Assembly: GCF_963921235.1 (NCBI RefSeq)
Contig: NC_086097.1
Span: 62,622,001 to 62,686,000, forward strand
Direction: 5' to 3'
From: Mobula hypostoma
Lineage: Eukaryota
DNA length: 64,000 nucleotides
Position 1 is the first letter of the stretch. Each line of letters opens with the position of its first letter. A program made the translations under genes and the position numbers. Below the pieces are notes generated by a model. The model saw only the letters and a program-made list of their open reading frames with translations, was not told the origin of the DNA and searched no databases. Below, piece after piece: positions 38,613 to 50,345 of the stretch.

Positions 38613-40581
38613 CTGAGATAATAACCTTTTCCTCCTCCTCCAGAAACTTGTTCTGTTTTGCATGGCTCACACTCTTCCAATAACATTTTCTAAGGAGAAT
38701 GCACCAATGATTGGCCACAAATAAAATACAGACATCTTGTAATCAGAGAATAAAAACAAATCAGAAACTGTTGAAACTCTCCTTATGTATTTTGAAGAAT
38801 TCTAAAGTATACTGAGCATGTGTCCAATCAATAAATCTAGTGATCTCTCACCATTTGGAAGCTACTGAGATTCCTCCAAGTGGAAAGCCTGGAATCTGGA
38901 TTTTCATTCCTCTGGCCCTGCACCAACTATCAAGTGTCAATGTACATTAATTCCGTTTTTCCCCCTGCTGAATGTTCACAGAGCTGTGTAAGTTAAGAGA
39001 AACATCAGTTGGGCGTGATATTGATTCAATATTGTACTCCGCCGATATAATTTGCCTGCTCTGCACAGTTCTAGTGAAAATTTGCTGTGTATGTAGTGAA
39101 AGTGTCACCTATTTGGTATCAGGTATGACTGTCGCCACAATTATGCACACCTGGACTCTCCCCCATTCTAAAACCAAAACACAGCACACACAGGTATGCC
39201 TTTCGTAGAACAACATCTTGACCTAACTATGCAAGTCAACTTGCACAGTACTTAAGTGCCTGCGTCAATGTAGCCTTTTGCCAAATCCTCTTCCTTTATT
39301 CAGTGTTAGCTCTCCATTCCAATTCTACATGTGTGCATTACTGTTGTACAAAGTAAACGTGTGTTAGTCCTTCAGATTTAGAACTGTATGTGTGATCAAT
39401 ATAATCCCTGCCTTAAAACGTGACATCTAAAGTTATTTTCCTACACGTAATATCTAGCATCTTTATTTACTCCAGACAGCCAATGCACAATTACTAGACA
39501 AAGTTTTAATTATTTTGCCAATATAAAGACATTTGAAAGTATGTTTACTTATTACGTCTTCCAAATCAAATATCAAAGTAACCAGTTTTATCCAAGTACA
39601 GATGCAGCACCATTAAAAATACTTTCAAATGCTGTTTAACTGCACTGATAAAATAAATTTGCCTTGAAATAAACCATTATAGATGTTAGTTCATTAGTTT
39701 TGTAAATGAATGCCAATATATTGTTTTTAACAACATAAACTCAGATTAATTTACAATAGGGAAAAAAAAGTTGGGCCCAAACAGCCAGTGAGAAAGCACC
39801 TTTTGATAAGATGCATGGTTAATATTACCAGAATGGAAACCATTGACCTAAAAATATTGACCCTGCATGGAATAACAACACACCAGTTGGTTCCAAAATA
39901 TCACCAAACCTACGAATGGTATCAGTAAGTGCTGCTTGACTTGAGTTCATTTGTAAGTAACTTTGTTGCTGTAGTTATGGAAGACAAATTTTTTGAATTT
40001 GCATATATTAGCTTGTTGTTAAGTGTTGCCACCATGATGGTATCTCCTCTTCCCATTTTAAAAAGAGTGCAGCAGAGGTACAGTCATCCCCAAAATGGTA
40101 ATATTCTTCCTTGGGTAGATTATGTCACAAAGGCTTTGTTTGCTTGACCACTGTCTGTATTGTTTGGAAAATACTGAATGCTTCTTAAAACTATGTTCTC
40201 TTCATTGAGCAGCCTCCACTGAGCTTACACATTGGCTTATTATAGTCACATTTACCAAGGTACTTGAAAAAATCCATATGCACAATCCAATGAGATAAAA
40301 CCATGCAAGTATAACATGGATTCTACATGCTATGCAGTCTCATAACATCTTTCGACTTCTACTGTGCTCACAGCATTCAGCATACTACCTCAAACCTGTG
40401 AGAGAGCTCATCGAAATGCTTGCACTGTTGCATTACAGGATGATGGGGTGGAGCGTTCATTCTCTTCAATTCAAGCAATGCTTGCCAGGGGCTGATGGAC
40501 AGATTGCTGAGAAGTGAATGGTGGCAGCGAGGTAGTGCTACATTGAATTGCCATGGGAAAAGTGGAGATACAGTAGAATAA

Positions 40582-40731
40582 GTATCTCTAGGAAGAGGTA
40601 CAGTCGATGAAGGGTCTCGGCCTGAAACGTCGACTGTACCTCTTCCTAGAGATGCTGCCTGGCCTGCTGCGTTCACCAGCAACTTTGATGTGTGTTGTTT
40701 GAATTTCCAGCATCTGCAGAATTCCTCTTGT
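40582..40731. mobile_element. Penelope terminus insertion with short inverted arm
   Basis: ATCTCTAGGAAGAGGTACAGTCGA / TCGACTGTACCTCTTCCTAGAGAT; 14-bp TSD ATACAGTAGAATAA (40568-40581, 40732-40745). Confidence 0.85.
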
Positions 40732-41489
40732 ATACAGTAGAATAATATGGCATTGAGGTACAGATTCCGACCTAGGCAACTTATGCAGTGCTTCCATAAC
40801 AATTGGTTAGTTCCCAGTGATATGAATGTCATAGTTGATTTTGGAGCCTATATGTTCTTTGCAACAAGGACATACTTGCTATCACATTGGAAATGACTCA
40901 AATCCAAATTTATGGTTTGGTCAGCCATATGTATGGTTACTCATTACTTTAACATTTGTACCAGTCACAAACATAATAATTGAATGCTAGTTAAAGTAAG
41001 ATTTTTCTGATGTATATTTAGCTTTCAGATAAATTGCTAAAGATTTAAAATATAATGAGTTCTGGCAGTTTCTTCCTGTGCCCAAAGGCACCAATGTTTC
41101 ATTCTATAGAATATATTGTGTCCTTAATTTAGTTGTTTTACCTTGAGGGAAAATTGATTTAAACTAATTTATTAAGGGAAAAATGGAAATGTTATTTTAG
41201 GAAGGGGAGAGAATCTTGTAACATTGAACCAAACTTTTATAAAGTCCAATTAATATTTCATAAATTTGTAACCAATTAGCTGCTTAAATTGTCTTGATAT
41301 CCTGATGTATTTGATATTTCAGATCAAAACATGTTTTACAAAGTAAGAAAATATATTACAAATCAAAACCAGTAATGTCATTCACATGAAGTCAAAATAC
41401 TTCTTGAAGTTTTACTCTTTGAAATATACCTTTGTATTTAATGTATGCTGATAAGCTGCACATGAACTTCAGAACTGGACACTGCCTCC

Positions 41490-41745
41490 TCCCTCTCCAA
41501 GACCAGGTCGCAGTCAGTGATCCACTTAACAGAGAAGATCATTGGCTGTCAGCTACTGACACTGAAAGGTATGTACATAGCCAGAGCAAAGAAAAGAGCT
41601 GGAAAATTACTGCTGACTCCACCCACCCTAGCAGTCACCTATTCACCAAATTGTGATCAGGGAGACCCTTCATGTCCATCACTATCAGGACTACACATCG
41701 TCTCCGAAGCTTCTTTCCTGTAGCTATCCAGCTTCTCAACAAAAC
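41490..41745 (+). mobile_element. Very old Rex1/Babar-like ORF 3' remnant
   Basis: KITADSTHPSSHLFTKL and SFFP.AI-like motifs. Confidence 0.5.
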
Positions 41746-43011
41746 CAACTCAGTGTAATACCTTAACTGTCCCTGCACAACATCCATTAAAATGTCTCAA
41801 TGGTCTTCCCTGCTTTCCTTGTTCTGTTGATAATTATTGAGACTATTCATGCAGTACGTTTACACTTATTTATTTTAAAGCCAATTATTGATATTTGTAC
41901 ATGCGACTGTTCTGCTAATTGTTGGTTGCTCATGGCTTTTTGCACTATTAACTTGTATGTTTTTGGTTGCTATTGTGTTATCTGTTATGGTATTGTCCTG
42001 TGGTTAACGCTTGGTACCGAACCACAATCAATTCTGGCATGTTTCACAAACTGGCGATGAAATGATTCTGGTACTTTGTAAGTATTACCTACTTTAACAT
42101 TATAATCATGCATTTAAACTTAGCATTATTCTTTTCGACTTTAGTAATTAAAAGTAAATTTATTTTCTGACAAAAAAATCTTGACAAAAACTGGATTGCT
42201 GATATCCATTTCCAGGTGCTAAAGAAGTTTTTAGAGTTCTGAAATATGTGTGCATATTTGAAGGACAAAGCAATACAAAGGGCATACAGGTAACTCTTTA
42301 ATGTGGATACATCTGCTCGCAGCTTGAGAGCAAATTGATTTTAATGGCCCAGATGTTCCTGTGGGATGCTGTGCAGCACCCAACAGTTCCCTCTGGAACT
42401 ATCCAGATGCCCGGATTTCCAGTGCAAACACAAAACAACTGACAATTCTGATGTCTTCCCATCACCCATTCCCAGATTCTTCTTCGGTAACTGGGTCCAC
42501 CTGCAAAGCATAAACCTAATTAGTTTCCTGCTTACTCTGGAGAATCTGCCAACTGACTTGCACTAGATTAAACCTGGCCCTAGTTTAGCACCTATATTTA
42601 TTTTCATGGGTGAGCAATGATTACAAGGAAGAGTACATCTCACGTAATTTATTTTTGAACTGATTTAATCAATTTAAAATGTATTTTATTGTTTATATCT
42701 GCTTTATTATTAATTTAGATGTTGTAATTCTACAAACGTTAGTAGTTTTTAAACACATTTCTTAAATTGATTTTTAATTGCTTTTCACTATTTTGAAAAA
42801 AACCTTCAACTCCTTTGACAGTTTTGATGAGCAGTCAGCCCGAAGGCTTGGCTCTACCACCTGTCAATGCATTCAATTTGTTATTACAGGTCTGCGGGAT
42901 TATGCTGAAAGTGATCTGTTGATTACATCAGACATAATTCTGTTCAGGGAGCTCCAGCCTGGAGATGCACACAGTACAGACTAAATGCTAATGCAGCCAA
43001 CTTAATAATAA

Positions 43012-43240
43012 TAGATAATAGACAATAGGTGCAGGAGTAGGTCATTCAGCCTTTCGAGCCAGCACCACCATTCACTGTGATCATGGCTGATCATCCACAA
43101 TCAGTACCCTTTTCCTGCCTTCTCCCCATATCCCTTCACTCCGCTATCTTTAAGAGCTCTATCTAACTCTTTCTTGAAAGAATCTAGAGAATTGGCCTCC
43201 ATTGCCTTCTGAGGCAAAGTATTCCACAGAACCACAACTT
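43012..43240 (-). mobile_element. Short CR1 3' end
   Basis: AATAGGTGCAGGAGTAGG stem-loop with an AATAGAC-type tail. Confidence 0.85.
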
Positions 43241-43274
43241 GTAACTGAACTGACAGATTTTGCTTCATGGATCC

Positions 43275-43521
43275 TGTTATGTATTTAATATTTCAGTAAT
43301 ATCTGAGTAATCTTGGAAATTTGATGTTGATTAAACATTCTTATTTTTTTCAATAATTAATTATGGGTTATATATAAAAAACATTAATTGCATACATCAT
43401 CACGCTACCATATGATAAGTGCGCATCTTGCTTAAAGTAAACTCAAAGTTAAAGCTGCATTCCCAGTCTCTTGTGTTCTCCTTGGATTTAGTTTAATGTT
43501 TTGTAGTTACAAAACATAACA
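43275..43521 (+). mobile_element. Solo LTR (247 bp)
   Basis: TGTTATG...CATAACA termini; TSD GATCC/GATCT (one mismatch). Confidence 0.75.
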
Positions 43522-43731
43522 GATCTGATCATGTGCAATTGCCATTGATTTACAGAATTCTCTAAAAACTAACACATGTCCCTGAAGGACATCCTGGTCC
43601 TGAGCTTTGACAGGGGTCTTAACCCAATCTGTGTCCTCTGAGAAGAGGACCCCCACAAAAGCTATGATGAATCTAAGGGAAAGATACCCCCAGGGTGCCC
43701 AAGACGGGGGGAGGAAGAGCACCCCAGTCGG

Positions 43732-46700
43732 ATGGACACAACGACATCAGACCTAGTAAATGAACAAATGACGATGAGGGAGCAGTGTGCATGTGGTAAA
43801 ATCTGCAAGAACGATTACGGCTTGAAGATCCACCAAGCGAGGATGAAGTGTTTGATGGGAGCAGGAGCAGCACAACGCGCAGTTGTCCAACCTGGTGAGA
43901 TGAAGGAGGGGCCAGGCCCAGAGTCACCCCATAGTGCCCAGAACCTCCAAGTGTTACAAGCTAATCCCTCTAACATGAAGTCTAACAGGAGTCGGATCAA
44001 ATGCCTTGCAGCTAACATGACTTCACTGCGGAAGCAGTTTGATGAAGATGTTAACCAAATTCTGGAGGCAACAGTGAAGGGAGGAGTTGATAGGAAGCTG
44101 CAAGCCATGACAACAATTATTGTCAGTATCGCAGCTGAACGGTTCGGAGGAGAGGAGAAGGAGGACTCCAAAACATCTTACTCGAAGAACCAAAGAGCAT
44201 TGAGGATCCACAACATCAGGCAGGAGATGAAAGCGCTGAAGTCCTATTACGAGGAGGCAGGAGAAGAGGAGCGCATTGGCTTGGCCCAGCTGATGTGCAT
44301 TCTATGAAAGAAGATCAGGGTCCTCTGCTGGGCAGAGTGGCATCGGAGGCGGCGTCGTGAAAGGGCTCGAAAACGTGCTGCCTTTATCGCCAACCCCTTC
44401 AAGTTCACCAAGGAGTTGCTGGGGGAGAAGCGCAGTGGGAAACTGGCCTGTTCGCAGGAAGACATAGACCAACATCTGAAGAAGATATATAATGATCCTG
44501 AAAGAGAGCAGGAGTTGGGAGAGTGCGACATCCTAATAGACCCACCCGAACCAGATGTGCAGTTCGAGATGTCAGAGCTGCAACTAAAGGAAGTCAGAGA
44601 GGTTGTCCGCAAAGCAAGGGCAAGCTCGGCTCCCGGACCAAGCAACACCTCGTATACAGTGTACAAGAACTGCCCCAAACTCCTGCTGCATCTGTGGAAG
44701 ATCCTGAGAATCTTCTAGAGAAGGGGGAAGATCCCAGAACAGTGGAGAGTGGCTGAAGGGGTGTGGATCCCGAAGGAGGAAAATGCCACCCAGATAGATC
44801 AGTTTGGCATCATCTCCCTGCTGTGTGTCGAGGCGAAGATCTTCTTCAGTGCCGTTTCTAATCGGCTGTGCACCTACCTGGCAAAGAACACCTATATTGA
44901 TACATCAGTCCAGAAGGGTGGCATTTCAGGGATGTCAGCTGTCTGGAGCACATCAGTGTGGTGACACAGCTCATCAGGGAGGCCAGAGAGAACAAGGGCA
45001 ACCTGTCAGTGTTGTGGCTCGACCTGGCAAATGTATATGGCTCCATTCCGCACAAGCTGGTGCAGCTCACACTGATCAAATATCACATCCCCAGCAGAAT
45101 CAGAGACCTTATCGCTGATTATTACAGCAACTTCATGATGAGGGTCTCCTCAGGAGCAATTACATCAACTTGGCACAAGGTGGAGGTCGGCATCATCACA
45201 GGGTGCACTATCTCAGTGACACTGTTCTCCCTAGCCATGAACATGCTCACTAAGTCTGCTGAACCAGAGTGCAGAGGACCCAGAATGAATTCCGCTCAAC
45301 GGCAACCACCTATCAGGGCATTCATGGATGACCTCACAGTCACCACAGAATCAGTCCCAGGCTGCCGGAGGATTCTGTAAGGGCTTGAAAAGCTGGTGGA
45401 GTGGGCCCGGATGCATTTCAAACCCGCCAAATCAAGATCGATGATGCTGAGGAAAGGGAAGGTGGAGAACAAGTTTCGGTTCAGCATCACAGGCACAGCC
45501 ATCCCAACCATCACAGAAAAGCCAGTCAAGAGCTTAGGCAAAGTTTTTGACAGCTCTTTAAGGGACACAACATCCTTTCGGGCAACCTGCACCGAGTTGG
45601 ATGGCTGGCTGAGATCTGTGGACAAATCTGGCCTACCTGGGAAGTTTAAAGCCTGGGTGTATCAGCATGGCATTCTTCCCAGAATCCTGTGGCCCCTCCT
45701 TGTCTATGCAGTTCCGATCTCGACAGTCAAAACCTTAGAGAGGAGGGTTAGCAACCACCTCAGGAGATGGCTGGGGCTGCCAAAGAGTCTGAGCAGCATC
45801 GCACTTTATGAACACCACAACAAACTGCAACTGCCCTTCAAATCCTTGGGGGAGGAATTCAAGGTAACAAGTGCCAGGGAAGTGATACAGTCTAGGGACT
45901 CAAGTGACCCGAAGGTGGCTAGAGCAGGACTCCAAGTGAGGACTGGCAGGATGTGAAGGGCAGAGGAAGCTGTTCAGGAGGCAGAGGCAAGGCTGTGTCA
46001 CAGGAGGCTGGTGGGAGTGGTCACACAAGGCAAAGCTGGGCTAGGATCCTTTCCAACTCCCCAAATGGACACTAGAGGGAAGGAAAGGTGTCGTCTAGTT
46101 CAGGAGGAGGTGAGAGCAGTAGAGGAGGAGACGAGAGCCTGCAAGGCATGGGAATGAAGCAACAGGGAGCTTGGACAAGATGGGAGAATGCGGTTGAGAG
46201 GAAAGTAACTTGGGCTGAACTTTGGAAAGCCAAACCACGCCACATCCAATTTCTCATCCGGGCAGTGTACGATGTGCGTCCAAGCCCATCAAACCTGTTC
46301 ACATAGGGCAAGGCAGAGTCATCTGCATGCCCACTGTGCTCCAAGAGAGGAACCCTGGAGCACATCTCAGCAGCTGTGCAAGGGCACTTGGTGAGGGACG
46401 GTACAGGTGGAGGCATGATCAGGTCCTGAAGACCATCGCTGAAGCCGTCAGTGTAGGAGTTGAGTGGGCGAAGCGGTCCCGACCCTCCAAGCAGACCATT
46501 GCCTTTGTCAGAGCCGGGGAGCAGCCAATACCCGCCAAAAGAACGTCTGCAGGCATCCTGACCTCTGCAAGGGACTGGCAGCTGTTGGTGGACCTCGAAC
46601 GGCAGCGGAAGTTCCCCAACCATATCGCAGCCACCACCCTATGACCAGACATTGTCCTATTGTCTGAGTCTACTAAGCAAGTGGTGCTGCTGGAGCTGAC

Positions 46701-46981
46701 AGCCCCATGGGAAGATCGCTTGGAAGAGGTCTTTGAAAGGAAGCTCTCCAAGTACACAGGACTGGTCAGCAACTGTCAGCAGGCTGGATGGAGAGCGAGG
46801 TGTCTCCCAGTGGAGGTTGGTTGTAGGGGATTCGCCCCCCCGTTCCTTCGTTAGAGCCTTCAGCAATTTGGGCATCAAGGGAGAGAGGAAGAGGAGAGCC
46901 ATCCGCAGTACCACCGATGCGGCAGAGAGGGCCTCAAGATGGCTGTGGCTCAAAAGAGGGGAGCCATGGAGTCATAAGTAG
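43732..46981 (+). pseudogene. HERO-like single ORF, disrupted
   Basis: In-frame stops ending at 44307, 44718, 45380, 45956, 46306 and 46644, plus frameshifts near 44940, 46140, 46365 and 46840. Confidence 0.85.
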
Positions 46982-46988
46982 CTAGCCA

Positions 46989-47106
46989 TCTGGACACAAG
47001 CTGGGGTCTGATCAGCCCCGGCTGGGTCACCTGGAGAAGGTTGTATGATGTTGAAAGACCCGAAACACCCGATGATTCCAGGAAGATCACTGAAGATGTG
47101 TCCAGA
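46989..47106 (+). ncRNA. Structured 3' UTR RNA with hammerhead-like core in non-circular order (candidate)
   Basis: GUA at 47043-47045, GAAAC at 47062-47066 and CUGAAGA at 47090-47096, with matching helices (see findings). Confidence 0.55.
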
Positions 47107-47254
47107 AGCATCAATAGATGTATGTACACAGCAGGTAACAATTAGATCATGGGGTAGGGACAAGTTCAACCCCACAAAATAACTAAGAAGACTTTTGGTG
47201 AATGACAAAGTCACATCTCCAGGTTTGCTGTGACATCAAGAATCACAGAGACGC

Positions 47255-47525
47255 AAAAAAGACTGCAATGGTGGAGTCGAGCAACAACAAAACTGCTGGA
47301 AGAACTCAATGAGTCAGGCAGGATCAGTGGAAGGAAATGAGCAGTTGATGTTCTTTCAGTCTCATACCCTTCATCAAGACTGGGAAGAAAGAGGGCAGAA
47401 GCTGGAATAAAGGTGGGTGGGAAGGGGAGGAGTGCAAAATGGCAGGTGATAGGTGAATTCAGAGGAGTGGGAGTGGGTAAGTGAGAACAATGTGAGAAGC
47501 TGGGAGATGATAGGTGGAAGAAGCA
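47255..47525 (-). mobile_element. Old Penelope-like 3' end
   Basis: CTGCTGGAAGAACTCA...CCCTTCATCAAGACTG followed by a purine-rich tract. Confidence 0.6.
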
Positions 47526-49396
47526 TCTCCATGCAGGCAGGAAGCACAAGGGCCAGTGACTCTGAAGGTACATGGGTGTTCAAGACCAGAATTCAAAGCT
47601 TAGTGTTCATGGTGCCATCATCTGTGAGTCTGGAGATTGAGTCCTGGAGCTCGAATTCTCATTTATCTGCATCAGTGAACCCTGGAGTTGATACCATTGA
47701 TCAAAGGGCAAAGGTCGATCAGATGTACAGGTTAAGAGCTGGTGGCCGGAGCCCCGAGTCTGTGAATCTCTGAAAATTGAAGGCCTAATGTCTGCGAGTC
47801 TGAGTCCACTGGAAGCTGGAGGCCTGGGGCTGGAGGACTGTATTTGTGCATGGATGGGAGGAAGCGAGGAACAGGGCTTGTTTTGCTGTTGTTTTGTTGC
47901 TTGTTGTGTTCTGTTTTGTTCTGAAATGAAAAAGATGGAATATGTTAGGGGAGGGCAGTAGACCATGGAATAAAGGAGAGGAGGATGGAGCGCATTTCAT
48001 TAAACAATTGAAGCATTTTAAATATTACAACCAAAGAAACAAATATCTGAAAATATTTAAAGCACTTGACTGTCACCACAAACAGCATTTTATTAAGAAA
48101 CAATGCAAGTTGCCTTTTTTTAAAAAAAAACATTCTTTCAGAGGTTCATGGATCTGAAGCTGGCACAGGATCTGAGAGTAGAAAGCCCAAGGTAAACACT
48201 GCAGAAATCCAGCAAGCATCTGCCACATCACCGGGTGCCAGGCAGCGTTAGCAGAGGAGCACAGCTGAGGTCACTGGTAGGGTTCACCCAGCATGGTTAC
48301 ACCTGTATCTGCATGGGAGTCTCAAATCCAATGGTCTGATAAGGATAGATATCCATTGTTGCATGTACACAGTTCAGTAAAATCTGTCTGTATCAATAAT
48401 GGAGTTTTCTTTGCAAGTTAAGACCCATCACAGGCTTCAGTTGTCAACACAACCTTGGGAATGCACTTTTATCAACAAGCTCTCATTAGTTGATGGTAAA
48501 AAGAGTAATATTTCATGTTTTGCTGTTCAATATGACACAGGAGATTACACAGGCATTCTATGCAAATAAAAAAAACCCTAATTCCATGGATGAACAAGCA
48601 GAGATAGCATATCATTTTCCAATGCCCCCCCACTCCCCCACCCCACAACTGCTCCAAACCCCTCAGCATATACAAATGTAGTTTATGCTGCTGGACAACT
48701 CTGCCCTTCACTGAAACTAATACAGATTTTGGCCCCTCACTACTCAGGCAGGTGTTTGGCTGTAGGCAGCAAATTTTAACATGCAGCTTGAACTGTTTTA
48801 TCTTGCACAGAATAATTTAAATGCCTTTCAAAGAAACTCTCATCCAACATCTAGAACAGTAGTAAAAATACCATGAATGATGAACAACCCATCTGTCCTG
48901 TCTGAAAGTGGAAGTACATACCACAACATAATGAATCTCCCTATTGGACTACATACATAAGCTATCAAGATCCAAGTATTTTTCAAGCAGACTTCACAAA
49001 TGAACACTAACTTTTAGCCACACATTTCTGAATAGTTTAGCTCTATTTTTTGTAATGATGAAACAAAGCACTTTAGTCTGGTTCACAAATAACAAGGTCA
49101 GTCTAATTGTATCTATATATCAGTTGAAGATTATAATGAAAATGCACTTTTATTCTCTATTAGAAGTGAGTTAGTGTTTTTCTCCATGAATCAGATGCTA
49201 ATACATTGCAATGGGACAGCCACAGCTAGCTGACATATCTATTAATCCAATACTAAATTAATTTGTCTCTAGCCTTCACTTAATTAGGCTTCTGTACTGA
49301 AATTCAGAATTATTGCTAATTTTATGTCCTTGTTCAGGCCAGGAGCAAGGCCTGCTTTTGTGGAGATTATTCAAATCTTCTACCGCAGTTAGGTAA

Positions 49397-50345
49397 TGTC
49401 ACGGTCCAGTCCATGAAATCCGCATTCCGATTCACGGTTTGGTCCGTGGATTCCGTATTCTGGCTATTCCTTTTTCCCCTTGTTCCACTGAGTGCCTTAA
49501 TTGAGGCACCTGATTCTCATTTCATGCTGGCAACATAAATAGCTCTGGGGTCCAGTGATTCCTTGCTGGACCGTCCTCATCAGCAATCTCATCAGAATCC
49601 CCGTCAAGTTAACCCACTGGAGTGCGACTAGAGCTGTTGTCTGTAGTTCCTGGGCCGCGTCTAGGGCTTGCCGCTACTTGGAGCCTTTTTGTGTCAAGAT
49701 AAAGAACATTCTATCATTGTGTGGTTTTGTCTCTCCGTACTCTCTCCTCCGCTGGGTAGGTCTGGCCGTTTGCCGCTACCCTGAGGGAGGAACGGCTCAG
49801 TATTTTGTGTCCTGTGTCTAAGAAGAGTCCCGGCTCTATGTCCTGTGTCCAAGGAGGAGTCCCGGCTCAGTGTTCTGTGTCCTGTGTCTAAGTCAAGTCT
49901 GAGCCTAGTCCAAGTCAAGAGCCAAGTTCCAAGTCCAAGTCAAGAGTCAAGTTCCAATTTCAAGTTCCAAGTCCAAGTCGAGAGTCAAGTCCTAGCCCAA
50001 TTTGAGTCAAGTCCAAGCCAAGTCCAAGTCCAGTCCAAGCCAAGTCCAAGTCAAGTCCAAGCCAAGTCTGAGCTCAGTCCAAGCCAAGCCCTAGTTCTAG
50101 TCAAGATCCAAGTCTTGACCCAGGTACCGAGTCCCTGCCAAGACCCGAGTCCCAAGTCATGACCTGAGTTCCCTGTCAAGTCCAAGTCCAGGTTTTCTGG
50201 TTTGTCACTCTTCGTCTACCTTCGTGTTATCATTTTGTCCTCTCTCCTTGGCTTCCCTAGCAATCTTAATAAACATAGTCCAGTTCCTCGTACTTCAGGG
50301 TCTGTGTCTTGCATTTAGGTCCACTTCCAATGCCCCCATATGACA
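49397..50345 (+). mobile_element. Solo LTR (949 bp) with an internal (TCCAAG/GTCAA)n array
   Basis: TGTCA...TGACA termini, perfect 5-bp TSD GGTAA (49392-49396, 50346-50350), AATAAA at 50268. Confidence 0.9.

Larger units (their letters stand above)
43575..47120 (+). mobile_element. Near-full-length, inactivated HERO-like non-LTR retrotransposon (R2 group, restriction-like endonuclease)
   Basis: N-terminal CACGKICKNDYGLKIHQARMKC finger; SSAPGP; WLDLANVYGSIPH; GIITGCTIS; AFMDD; CPLC..H..SC; RHDQVL; L*PDIVL..VLLELTAPWE..KLSKY PD-(D/E)xK endonuclease. Confidence 0.9.

Noticed and set aside
42889..42984. Possible host exon after a TTACAG acceptor (GLRDYAESDLL...)
   Set aside because: No recognisable protein, no partner exons and no clear donor; cannot be supported without RNA-seq or homology.
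43603..43663. Twister ribozyme assignment (GGG-UCUUAA-CCC resembles the twister P4 loop)
   Set aside because: The second pseudoknot nucleotides and a correctly placed catalytic GA are missing; kept only as an unclassified structure.
48140..48310. GC-richer unique patch that could be an exon or conserved element
   Set aside because: No convincing ORF, splice pair or known motif.
49845..50162. Ser/Gln/Pro-rich 105-aa ORF
   Set aside because: Stop-poor minisatellite inside a solo LTR, with a GTG start.
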